The notes beneath the pieces were generated by a model. That model saw only the letters and a program-made list of their open reading frames with translations, was not told the DNA's origin and ran no database searches. Positions 37,601-49,564 of a stretch of DNA of 64,000 bases are shown here, in pieces (within the stretch, counting starts at the first letter, position 1; every line of letters starts with the position of its first letter). This DNA comes from Phaeosaccion multiseriatum. Taxonomy: Eukaryota > Protista > Ochrophyta, other classes. The DNA lies in NCBI GenBank assembly GCA_965112735.1, contig OZ218957.1:1984001-2048000 (forward strand), read 5' to 3'. Made by a program: the position numbers and the translations under genes.

Positions 37601-40600
37601 CTGGAACGGCAGCAGCAGCTGTAGCAACAGTAGTAGTAGCAGCTTCAGCAGTTGGTGGTACAGCAGCGCCTTCTCGGCCGCCGCTTTCACAGAGCGTTGA
37701 GAGTCACTCCAGAGGAGTGAGGGGAGGAGGAGGAGGAGGAGGAGGAGGAGGAGGAGGAGGAGGAGGAGGCGTCGCTGGTAGGGGCCGCCCGTCCTCTCCC
37801 GCGGACGGGAGGGCATCAGGGCGAAGCTCTCCGGGGGGGGGTGCATCAGGGTGGGGTGAGGGCACCCCGCCATCGACCCCCCCGCCTTGGAGTGCGAGGA
37901 ACAGAAGTGGCGGCAGTGTCAGCGGCAGCCCCTCTCCGTTGCTGAGGTCGAGCGTCGTTGCCACTGGGTCTGAGGCGGAGGCTGCTGCTCGTGAGGCGGG
38001 CAGCGGTGGTAGTGGTGGTGGTGGCCGAGGAGGAGGAGGAGGAGGAGGAGGAGGAGGAGGAGAGGAGGAGTATTCTGCTCTGACACCAGGTACAAGTAGC
38101 GAGTCGGTGGCAGTGGAGAGCTTCGAGGCTGTGGAGCTCGACTTTGTGCGTCCGGAGCTCTTGTCCATGTTCAAGGACGCCGGAGACGTGCACGACATGA
38201 GACTGCCCCTCAAGGAGGAGAATCGATGGGTGCAAAAGACTGACAAGGCGGCGGATAAGGCCGACAGGGCTGGCACACCAAGGGGCGGCGGTAGTAGTAG
38301 TAGTAAGGGCGGCAAAAGCCCCCGGGGGGGAGGAGGGGGTAGTAGGAGTAGTCTTACAACGGAGGAGTGTGTCCATGAGCTGGGCGTGGGTGTGTTGGGG
38401 GGGGGGGTGGAGGGGGGCGGCGGATATGCTTATACTCCTCAGGGTGGAGGCGGGGGGTCACCGCTGCCACCGGGGGGAGGGATGCAGCCTTCTCCGAGCC
38501 ACAGTCATAGCCACAGTTACGGCAGTTACGGCAGTTACGGCGGCAGCGAGGAGGCATCTGCTTCTGCTGGCGGCGGAGGAGGAGGAGGTGGAGAAGGACA
38601 GAGAGGGAGGAAGCGGGCTCTGGCGCGAAAGCTGGTGCGGAGGGTTCGCAACAAGGTGACGGGGAAAGGGTCCAAAGGAGACAAGACGGAGGGTGCCGGG
38701 GAGGCGCTCTTTCGGTTGCTGCACGTGGACGTGATGCAAGTGCCGGTGAGTAGAAGGCGGGGGAGGAGGAGGAGGAGGAGGAGGAGGAGGAGGAGCAGGA
38801 GGAGCAGGAGGAGGAGGAGGAGGAGCAGGAGGAGGAGGAGCAGGGGGAGGAGGAGGAGGAGCAGGGGGAGGGGAAGGTTGTTTCTTGATTGATTGTTTGT
38901 ATGTTTGAAGTTATTGCCCCATGTGTGTGCGCGGTGCGAGTCCCCAAGCTCAACTCAGAGCCCCAGACTCGCCCTTCTCTCCTCTCTATCTCCTCTCCTC
39001 TCCTCACCCCTTCTCTCCTTGACTCTTCCCTCCTCTCCTCCACTCTTCTCTCCCCATCCTCTCCTCTCCTCTCCCCTCCTCTCCTCCACTCTCCTCTCTT
39101 CTCCCCCACTCTCCTCTCCTCTCCTCTCCTCCCCTCTCTCATGCACACACACACTCATCCACTCTGCGCTGTACAGGAGGACGAGCCCCTTCAGCGCATG
39201 GATCATGTGGCGGCCGTCCCCGGGGGGCGTGTGAGTCGCCGAGTACAGCATCTGTCCGCTCCGAGGACGGGTGGCGGAGAGGAGTACTTCGTCTTTATCG
39301 TCAACCTTCAGATCCCCGCTCCTCCTGCTCCTCGATCTGGCAGCAGCAGCAGTAGCAGCAGCAGCAGCAAGGGTAGCAGCAAAGGTAGCAGCAAGGGAAG
39401 CCAGGCGGCTCCTCGACCGGCAGCGAGCGTGGTGCTGTACTGGGGTATTCCCTTGGGGCTGTGGCAGCCCGATGGCGCAGACTCGGGAGGAGGAGGAGGA
39501 GGAGGAGACGGTGTTACCCTCACGCCTCTCCAGAAGCAGCTCATGCGACAGTTCCTAAGCATGCCGTACGGAAGTGATGGAAGCGAGGAGCACTGTGGCA
39601 TTGTTCCAGACACTGACTTCAAGAACAGCTCCTTCATGGTGTGTTGCAAGCTCCTGTCCACCCCTTCCTCCTCCTCCTCCTCCTCCTCCTCCTCCTCCTC
39701 CTTCTCCTCTACTTCTCCTTCCTCTGCCCCTTCCTCCCCCTCCTCCACCCCTCCCCCGCCTGCCGCCGCGGAGAGGGAGAGCAGCAGCAGCACCCTCGGC
39801 GTACTGAAGAAGCTTGTACAGGATGGTGCGACGCATCGGCTAGGGAAGGTCGTCGTGCAGAGATACTTCCGCGGTCTAAACTACATGGAGACGTGCATCG
39901 ACGTCAGCTCAAGCCCACTCGCCTCCACCGCGGTCAATGCGCTTCTCAGTGCGGGCCCGGCCCTCGCCCTAGACTTTGCCTTCTACCTGCAAGGAGCCAA
40001 GGCGCTGTTTGGGGTGGTGCGGATGACCGGTGTGGACCTAAGAGTCGCGGAGAGCCTTCGAATGGCCCCGGGGGAGGTGCTTAAAGGAACCCTTCAGCAG
40101 GAGAATGTGCGCCGTTCTTCTTGCAAGGTACACCCTTTTCATCAGCGGGTGATGGACTCTCGCTTCACGCATGGCTTCTCGCTGCGGGGGGTGGGAGGTC
40201 GCCTGTTGCAGCAGCCGCAGCAGCCACATCAGCAGAGCTCTGCCTCCTTCTTCCCCGCCTTGGGCAAGCTTGTGCATGTGCGGCTCTACAGAGTCAACAC
40301 CGATGGGCCGCACTTGGGACGAGTGGATCACATTGTGTCGGAGGGGCAGGCCAAGAGAGAGCTGGACGAGCTCAAGGCCAGGTACCTCCCTCAGCAGCAG
40401 CAGCAGCAGTCAGGGATGGACAACGGCGGTGAAGAGCAGCGCATCCTCTGGGTGGTCAATGTGCAGCTGCCCATGGCGAGGAGTGACGGGCCGGTGGTCC
40501 CCCAAGGAGGGGAAGGAGGAGGAGGAGGAGGAGGGGGAGGAGGAGGAGGAGGAGGAGGAGGAGGAGGAGGAGGAGGAGGAGGAGGAGGGGGTATATGCAG

Positions 40601-42110
40601 TACTCCGAAGAGCCTTGTGCTGTACTTCCTCGTGAACATGAGCGAGGATGAGCAGGCGGTGCGTGAGGTGGGGCAGATGGAGATGGAGCAGCGCCGACCC
40701 GCCGTCGCCCTCTTTCGAGAGTTTTGCGATCTGCCCTTCTCCTCTTCCTCCGCCCCACCCTTGCAGTCCGATGGCGGTGACGGTGGCGGTGGCGGTGGCT
40801 CCGGCGGCAGTACTAGTCGCAGAAGTGGCGATGGCCGTAGGGTGCCATCCTCCTTATCATCATCGTCATCATCGTCTTCGGCCCCGGGCTCGGACGATTA
40901 CAAGTACGACGGTTTTTTGCCTTCGCACGACATGCGCAATATGTCACTGAAAGTGCTTCCTCGTGTCCTGGAGGGGCCCTGGGTGGTGAAAAAGGCTCTG
41001 GAGGCATTGCAGGCACGGCCGAGCAGAGGTCCGGGGGTGTTGCTGGGGCAGAAGCTTACTTGCAAGTACTTTCGAGGCCAGGGGTATCTCGAGACCACGG
41101 TGGACATTTCCAGCTGCGTGGCGGCGCATGATACGACAAGGTGAGGGCGGTCGGTGGGGGGCGTGGAGGAGGGAAGGGGAGGAGAAGGGGGCAGGGCAGG
41201 GGAGGGGGGGAGCGAATACGAATACTCACTCATTTTATCAACTCTCTCATTCGCTCACTCCCTCACTCACTCACTCACTCACTCACTCACTCAACCGAAA
41301 CAGACTTGCGCTGACACACGCCAAGGCTCTGAAGCTGGAGCTGGGCTTTTGCCTCCATGCCGACACAGACAGGGACCTTCCCGAGCGGGTACTTGCAAGT
41401 GCAAGGATCAGTGGTCTCGATGTGGGGGCAGGATGCGAGGACCTGTACACAGAGGCATGTCCGGCCAAGAGCAAGGCTGTGGCTCCGTCTGCCAAGGAGA
41501 AGGAGGAGATGGAGATGATGAGCGTGAGGGAGCAATTGGAGCAAGAGGTTGATGGACAGAGGAAGGTTAGGAGGAGAGGGGAGGGGAAGGGAAGGGGAGG
41601 AAAATGTATGGGAGGAGAAAGGGTGTGCGAAGAGAAAGAACTCTGTTGTGTTTTGTGTATCTGTTCTTGTAATGGCCCGTGCTCCTCTGCGATGCACACA
41701 TGCAACTTCACGCCCCCTACCCTACCTTTCACACACACACACACACACCTACACATACTGCACATACACACCTCACAGGAAGCAGCAGCAACAGTAGAGG
41801 GGGCTGGTCTCAACCCGCCTGTGCTTGACGGTATGGTGCACGACCCCGGGGGGGAGAGCCCTTTCGATGTCCGGGGCCCTTCGTACCACAGAGACTCTGT
41901 TAAGATCCCTGCCGCCCCAGGTAGGTCCTGACCCCTCACCCTCACCCTGGCACTCACCATCACCCTCACCCCGAACCTCACCCTCACCCTCACCCTCACT
42001 CTCACCCTCACCCTCACCATCACCATCACCCTCACCTTCACCGTCACCATCACCCTTCACCCTCACCCTTAAAACTCATACTCACCCACACCCTCACCGT
42101 GACTGCATGC

Positions 42111-42150
<40 letters not shown>

Positions 42151-45100
42151 GCTGTTGTTGTCGTTGTTGTTGTTGGTGGTGGTGGTGGTGGTGCTGCTGC
42201 TACTGTTGTTGCTGTTGCTGTTGTTATTTGTTCGTGCTATTGTTGGATTTCATGAATTTATTTCATGAATTAACTTCCAAAAGCCGCCGGCAAGCTCTTG
42301 TATGTAGACTTGGTGTCCGTCGCGGACTCCGAGCTGGGACGTGTGGACCACATTGCTCGCCACGGAAGGTGCCAAGAGACCATGACACGCCTCCGCAAGG
42401 GGATGGCAGCCGATGGCTCCTCCAAGCTGTTTGTCAGCAACCTGCAGATGCCCGGATCGCCCCCGATCAGTCTTGTGTGCTATTGGGAGGTGGCAATGGG
42501 ACTGACAGGGGCACGGGAGGGGGAGGAAGGGCACGACCATGATAAGTTTGTACGCCTCTTTACGGAGTTTTGCACCTTGCCATCTTCATCTTCTGCTTCC
42601 TCCTCTACTTCTTCTTCTTCGTCTTCGTCTTCGGCCGGTAAGAACGACAACAGCACCAGTAACAGTAGTCACGGCAGAAAAAGAAACGGCAATACTGACG
42701 TTCAACACTTACCTTTGACACCACAGATGGCGACTTGGAGGAGGAAGAAATGGAGCAGCAGCTCACCGCCATCAGTGGACGTTACGGTGCTGACGATTTC
42801 CGAAACTGCCGCCTCAAGCTCCTGCCCAAGATCCGCCAGGGCCCTGCGCTGGTGAAGTATGTGGTTGGGAAGAAGCCTGTTCTTATTGCGAAGAAGATTA
42901 CGTGTAGGTACTTCTCGGCAGAACCCTGGTACTTTGAGGTGAGGATGAGGAGGAGGAGGAGGTGGAGGAGGGGGGAGGAGGAGGATGAGGAGGAGGAGGA
43001 GGAGGAGGAGGAGGAGGAGGAGGAGGAGGAGATGGGGGGAGGAGGAAGAGGAGGGTTGGAGGGGGGAGGGGAGGGGAGGGAGGGTGAGGAAGAGGCGAAG
43101 GAGGAGGAGGAGGAGGAGGAGGAGGAGGAGGATAAATGAATCGCAAGGCACTAAATCGCATCGAAATCGCATTTATCGAAACCGCAGGTGGATCTCGACA
43201 TTGGCAGCAGCACAGTGGCGTTTCGTGCAGCCAGCCAAGCGGCGGCAGTGGCGAGTCGTTTGAGCGTGGATCTGGGGTTTGTGGTGCAAGCAGAGGATGG
43301 AGGGGAGCTGCCGGAGATGCTTGTGGGGTGTGTCAACCTTCGCTTCCTCGACCTCAACCAGGCTCAACCTCTCTTCTTGTTAAGGAGGGAAGGGGCAGGG
43401 GCAGGAGGAGCGGTAGGGAAAGGGCTTGCTCTTTCTTCTTCGCTGAGTGGAGACGAAGGGGGAGGGAGCTTGCAATCGTCGTCGTCGTCGTCCATGCCCA
43501 CGGCCCCGGCTTCTCTCGTCTCGTCTCCAGCGTCTTCGTCACGTGAGTACCCACAGCAGCAGCAGGGACAGCAGCAGCAGCAGCAGGAGAACGAGGATGA
43601 GCAGCAACACCAACAGCAGCAGCAGCAACAGCTGCAAAGGACGATCGAAGGACGGAAGCGACAGCGGCAGCGCCTGCCCCTCCCCACCGCCAGCCCCGAG
43701 CTGAGGGCCTTCTTTGAGGACTCAGGCAGCAACAACGAGCACGTCTTCAAGCTCCGAGGCCGGAGGCAAGTTTCTGTTTCTGTTTGAGCTTGGGTTTGGG
43801 TTTCAGTTGAGCCCTGTCTGTATCTGTCTCTCTCGGTCTCTCCCCCCCCCTCTCCCCTCCTTCTGCGTTCCATTTTAACTCTTCGTCTCCCCCCTGCGCA
43901 CTCTTTGTGGCCCTCCCTTCCTCCCTCCCTCCTTTCCTCCCTCCCTCCCTCTACCCCCACCTCCCCACAGTTACATGTATGACCGAGTAAAGGATGATTC
44001 CGTGGCCTCCTTCGGCAAGCTTCTTCGCACCGACCTCTTCATCACCCCTCCTGGCCTCAGCAGGAGTGATCACATTGCCAGTGGTGGCAGGGCGGCACAA
44101 CACGTCGCAAGGATGAATGTGCAAGAGGGACAGTTCTTGTTCATTGTGAATATCCAGGTACGACGGTTACGACGGTTACCGTAACCGTAGGTACCTACCA
44201 ACACGATACCGCCAGTCCCCCCCCCCCCCCCAAATCCATGCATCCCAATGCCTCCATCCACTGCCATCCATCCCTTTCCATTATCGAGTGCTGCTCCTCT
44301 AAGCCCCCTTCAGTGGGAGGAGGGAGGAATTCTCTTATCTTGCACAGACGACCTTTGAAGGGCAACAGCCAACAGAGGGATCATCCCACCGGCCCAAGCC
44401 CAAGCACATCCATGGTGCCCCGAACTCATCCTGATTTCCTCTCTCTGTCTCTCTCCTCCTCTCTCTTTCTGTGTGTGTTATCTGCTCCTCTCTCCCTCTG
44501 GCTCTCTCCCTCTCCCCCTCCCTCCCTCCCTCCCTCCCTCCCTATCTTCCGGTCTCTCTCTCCCTCTCCCTCTCCTCCCCCCCCCCCCTCTCTGTCGCTC
44601 TCCCTCCATTTCAGGTGCCCGGCCGACCGCCCACGTCCATGGTGAACTACTGGCTCGTCGACATGCCTGTCAACCCCCCAGAGGAGGAGGACGAGGAGCC
44701 TCACATTGCCCTCTTTAGACGATTTGTGGACATGGAGGGGGCTGTGGAGGAGGCGGGGGAGGGAGGGGCAGACGGAGGAGGGGGGGGCGGAGGGAGCGAG
44801 TTTAGCGACGGACGCCTTCCTCTTGATGACTTCCGCAACACCCAGCTGAAGCTCATTCCCTGCATGATCGAAGGTGCGAGGGTGGGGGGACTTGGTTGAC
44901 TTTAGGCATCAACCTTGGAATTGCGTATGTGTGTGTGTGTGCGGGGGGGGAAGGGAGAGGGGAGAGAGGAGAGGAGGAGGGAGAGGGGAGAGGGGAGAGG
45001 AGAGAGAAGAGAGGGGGGAAGGGAGAGGGGAGAGGGGAGAGGCCTCCTCCTCCTCCTTCTTCTCCTTCTTCTCCTCCTCCTCCTTCTTCTCCTCCTCCTC

Positions 45101-45599
45101 CTTCTCCTCCTCCTCCTCCTCCTCTCCTCCTCCTCCTCTCCTCCCCCTCCTCCTCCCCCTCCTCCTCCTGCTCTCCTCTCCTCTCTCCCCTCTCCCTTCC
45201 CCTCTCTCTTCTCTCTCCTCTCCCCTCTTCCCCCCCCCCTCCTCCTCCTCCCCCTCCTCCTCCTGACTCCTTGTACCTGCTTTGCCCCCCCCCCCCCCAA
45301 CCACAGGGCCGTGGATGGTGCGCAAGGCAGTGGGTTCCAAACCCACCCTCATTGCGCAGAAACTGACTTGCCGTTACTTTCGAGGCGAGCGTTACATGGA
45401 AGTCGATATCGACATTGGCTCGAGTATGGTAGCCTACAACACGGTGTCGTTGGCCCTGGGGCAAGCCAGGCACGTGGTGGTCGATGTGGGCTTTTGCATC
45501 CAGGGGGAGAATGAAGACGAGTTGCCGGAGAGAATGATAGGAACGAGTCGCATTCTGCGGTTGGACATTACCAAGGCCGAGAGTCTGGAGGAGGAGTAG
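34667..45599 (+). CDS. Large multidomain lipid-binding protein: CRAL-TRIO(Sec14), hydrophobic segment, PX-like domain, four EDR2_C (DUF1336) domains
   Basis: CRAL-TRIO: LLRYLRATQFD..NLKWR, GVDKQ|GRPV, VVLDGTGW, YYPERLGQLLILNAP, ELPEGYGG. Hydrophobic stretch ~36400-36510. PX-like RRLVEFVALVRAL..HPLVREFLG. Four repeats of the pattern F.V/LRG..Y (absent in copy 1, partial in copy 2) / DHI / F.VN.Q.P / RN..LK..P / YFRG..Y.E.D.D..SS / D.GF.. at ~38700-40050, ~40170-41420, ~41840-43360, ~43710-45599. Confidence 0.78.
41931..42069. repeat. (ACCCTC/ACCATC)n hexamer intronic repeat (TGAGGG on - strand)
   Basis: About 20 degenerate hexamer units inside intron 41921-42283, followed by (TTG)n. Confidence 0.85.
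44989..45228. repeat. 46-bp inverted repeat inside an intron
   Basis: 44989-45034 is the reverse complement of 45183-45228 with one mismatch, which would be a G-U wobble in RNA. Confidence 0.85.
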
Positions 45600-46246
45600 T
45601 AGGGGGTGGGGGTGGGGAGGAGGACGAAGAGGAGATGCACTGCGGAAGAGGCTGGTGGAGAAGGGGCAGGAGCAGCAGAGCTCGGACGGTAGTGGTGGCG
45701 GTTTCGTCACGCTTCATTTCTGAAACAGCATTTCTGAAACAACAGCTGATGAGTGACGCGGGCTAGGACAGGACGTGTGTTTCGCTTGTATCGTAGGAGT
45801 TGCTACACGTTGCTGTGTGTGTCGTAGCAGTTGGTGATACACAAGAGACGCCAGGGCGATGCATGGTCAGATAGAGAGAGGATGACCTCCTCTCCTCCCT
45901 TCCCTTTATACAATTTACAAGTTATTTTCTTTTGCTCTCCTCTCCTCTATCCGCAGCTGCGTCTCTCAGTGTAAGGCAAGAGGCCCACATCAAGTGCAGT
46001 GCCGTGCCGTGCATGCCCCTCCTCCAACCGATCCTACCTACATAGCATAACATAACCCTGCGTGTGTGCAGTGACTGTTTCGGGGCAGAATGGCAGTGGA
46101 TGCTCCACCCTATCCGTCAAGGCGGATGGCAGTACACGTTCCACTCACACCGCGAGTCCGGTCCAATGCCCTCCGACTCCCCTGCTCTGCCCCCCTCCCC
46201 CACCCCCCAGGGCGCCTTCCTTCCTCCCTCAAGAGGAGCCTGGCGG

Positions 46247-46889
46247 CTACCGCTGCTGTTGCTGCATCTCCTGCCTGCTCCTCTTACACCCCGGACCGTT
46301 CCCCAGACCGTTCCCAGGACCGTTCGCGGAATACCGAGCATTGGCCGGTGCTGGCGATGATCCTGCAGATGGTATGATTGCTCCTGACCCTCGCCCCCCC
46401 TTCCCGCCACCGCCTCCTCTCCCTGCCACCCCTCCTTCTGCTTCTCCTCCTCCTCCTCCAGTTGCTGCTGCCGCAGCGGCTGCTGCTGACTTGGCTGCTG
46501 CTGCGTCTCTCTCAATATTGCTGAGCTCGTCCATGTCAATGTCCTGCGAGCAAAAAAAGTCGTCGAATTCGTCGAGCGAAGGGTCCGGGTCCGCACCAGT
46601 GTTGCCTGTGCCACTGTTAGCAGCGAGACTGCCTTGCACCGGAGGCTGTGGAGGGGTGACGGATATCTGTCGGGGCTGATGCGGCGACTGCTGCTGCTGC
46701 TGTTGTTGTTGTTGTTGTTGCTGTTGTTGTTGTGGCTGCTGCTGTTGTCGAGGTTGTGGCTGCTGTTGCTGTTGTCGTTGTTGCGGCTGCTGCTGCTGTG
46801 GCTGCTGAAGACTGCCCGACTGCTGTCGTGGCTGCTGCTGCTGCCGCTGCTGAGGGCTGACCTGTCGTGGCTGGTGCTGGTGTTGGACC

Positions 46890-46949
<60 letters not shown>

Positions 46950-46975
46950 AGTTGTTGGACCTGTTGTTGTTGTTT

Positions 46976-47055
<80 letters not shown>

Positions 47056-47057
47056 GC

Positions 47058-47091
<34 letters not shown>

Positions 47092-48943
47092 GCTGCTGCT
47101 GCTGCGGAACCAAAGGAGGTCGATTGGGGAGGAAGCCACCCCCCACCCCCACCCCACCACCACCACCACCACCGCCTCCTCCTCCCGCCTTTCCATCCTT
47201 GCGGGCTTGCTTCACCTGAGTCAGAGAGGAAGGACGTCGCAGGTGTAGGGGGCGGGAGGGACGTATCGATGAAGGAAGGAGGGCAGGAAGGGGGTGTCAG
47301 CAGTGGAAGGGAGGGGGGGAGGGGGTCGACGTATAACTCCGAGATGGTACTCTACGGTACGCGGAACAGGAGTCATCTTGAGAGCGCAAATTCTGCGGGG
47401 AGGGGATGGGTCACCACCACTCCACCTCACGGCCCAAGGCCCACAGCACACGGCGAGAGAGGAAACAGAGAGAGGGGTAAGGGGCAGGTGTGGAAAACAG
47501 AGAGAGAGGTGGAAGAGAGCGAGAAAGAGAGAGAAGAGAGGGAGAGAGAGATGGAGCAGAGAGAGGCGGAAGAGAGAGAGAGGTGGGAAAGAGAGAGAGG
47601 TGGAAGAGAGAGAGAGACGGAAGAGAGGGAGATAGAACAGGTCCATCACAGCAGCAAGCATCAGAGCCAAGCGAATGATGCTGGACCACTGCAGCACCAA
47701 TGCGTGGCCCACGTGCTCTAAGATGAGTGCCTCCCATAATTCTCCGCATTCCCCACTTGCCCCCCCCCCCACACACCTTCTCTTTGTCCCTGAGGGAGTT
47801 GCCCAGGCGATCGCCAAATTGCCGCGCCGTTCGCTTCATCGCATCGGACACTGCGGATTTCTTACACTGGTGCACGCAATCCTTTTGAGGGATAGAAGTA
47901 GGAGGAAGAGGGGGGGGGGGAGAAGGAGAAGGGGGGGGAGGGTGTAGGGTGAGGTACTGCCAGGCTGCTGCAGTCCTAAAGTAAACAGTGTTGGAATAGC
48001 ACGGCCATCCTCACTGACCGAGACACTTGCGTTACGGACTGATTGATTGATTGGCTGACTGACTGGCTGACTTACTTCACTGACTGATTGACTTACCTTA
48101 CTGGGCATGTTGGAGAGTGAGTTGCACCCAATGTCTTCTCGGAAGCTCCCGCCTCGAAGGATTAGTCTCACGAGGCAGGTGCATCCGCAAGAAAATCTGC
48201 CAGTACGATCGTCCTTGTCTAGCTGCAGCAGCAGCCGGGGGTGGGGGTGGGGGGGGCACCACATACAGATGGGACAGAGAGGAGGTGAGGGGGGGAGAGA
48301 GAGGGGTGGTGGTGGTGGTGAGTGGAAGGGATACATAGCATACGCACACAGGGAAAGGGAGAGGGGAGGCTGGAGGCCTTCAGAGGAAGAGATGGTGGAC
48401 GGTGGAACAGCTGTGTTTGGATAAGGCTTGTCTTGTCGTCTGAGCATGTGACCTTCAAATAAAACCTCGCTCGTTTGTTCGAGTGAGAGGGGAAGGTCTC
48501 TTCGGAAACAGTGTTCGCCATCATTTACTCACGTAATCAACGTTGTGCTCCATGATCTGCAAGCTCCAGCCATCGAAGCTGCGGGGCACAAAGGAAAGGC
48601 GACACAGAAACAAGCGGCGAGAAGTCAAGGAGAGGAAAGAGAGTATGTGGCATACACCTTCGCCAAGTGGTTCCATGATACTCGGCCGCCAAGTCCGCAA
48701 AAGAAAACGGTAGATGATGCATTTGTCGTCCTCACCCGAAGAGGGAGTTCATTTCGCAGAGCACGGTATCGGTGGCGACGTACACGGCCTTCCCGCCCCC
48801 GCCGACGCTGCGCGACTTGATATTCGCCGCTTCAACGGGCTTTGACAGTTCCTGGGGAATGAGAGGGGAAAGTAACGCTTGAGACACCCTCGTTAAAGAG
48901 ACAGATGCTGAGGGCGGAGAGGCAGAAATGGGGAGGGAGAGAG

Positions 48944-48981
<38 letters not shown>

Positions 48982-49182
48982 CAGGAGAAACGCACACGGC
49001 TGCACACGCAAAATAGATAGACAGAGACGCGAGGGTGTGCAGTCGCGGCTTCATCCATGCATTGATGTTCCACACACCACACTTTGGGAAGGAAGAGCGG
49101 GAACGGAAAAGCGACAAATACTCACGCCTTGGATTCGCGCCCGTTCGGTTGCGTCAAACGCCACATTCCCGACGTTCTCCAT
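46247..49182 (-). CDS. RAD52: DNA repair/annealing protein RAD52 with poly-Gln C-terminal region, 6 exons
   Basis: Spliced: MENVGNVAFDATERARIQG|ELSKPVEAANIKSRSVGGGGKAVYVATDTVLCEMNSLFG|FDGWSLQIMEHNVDY|LDKDDRTGRFSCGCTCLVRLILRGGSFREDIGCNSLSNMPSK|DCVHQCKKSAVSDAMKRTARQFGDRLGNSLRDKEK|VKQ..polyQ. This follows the Rad52/Rad22 N-terminal domain throughout. Confidence 0.9.
46680..47105 (-). repeat. (CAA/CAG)n poly-Gln tract of RAD52 last exon
   Basis: Long TTG/CTG tracts on + strand, in frame with ORF 46247..47215. Confidence 0.9.
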
Positions 49183-49564
49183 TGTAGACACAGGGATCCC
49201 CTACCGTACGCTGCTCTACGACGCGCTGCCGCTTCTCTCTCTCTCTCTCTCCCGGTTGTTTATAAGGGAGGTGGCTGATATCTAGGGAGGTGGCCGTTTG
49301 TGCCAATGGCGTGTGCGTTTGCCGTCAAAAACTCTTGAAACTCGCTGCACAAGCACTCACAGGAAGAGGTTACACATTTCGAACGGGGGGCGGAGAGGGT
49401 CGGGTGGTTGGGGAGCTGATTTGGGTTGATTGAGGTCGTTGCCCGCGACGCCGAGATAATCATAACAAGGCGGCGGCAAAAAGTTGTAAGTTCCAGCTCG
49501 TCCGCCCTGCCTAAAAGTAAATCCGTTGACAACGTACCGAGCTGAGGGCGCAAAGGAGCCGACA

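Noticed and set aside
41931-42069. Interstitial telomere (TGAGGG-like)
   Set aside because: Degenerate intronic hexamer SSR mixed with ACCATC, one of many SSR types; no exact TTAGGG/TTTAGGG array.
46117-47721. Poly-Asn, poly-Val and poly-Leu ORFs
   Set aside because: Alternative frames of the RAD52 poly-Gln tract; only the Gln frame joins the spliced RAD52 exons.
2-49182. Functional cluster of chromatin/repair genes (CABIN1, CAP-G, RAD52)
   Set aside because: Interspersed with unrelated genes and no shared regulatory signal seen; likely coincidence.
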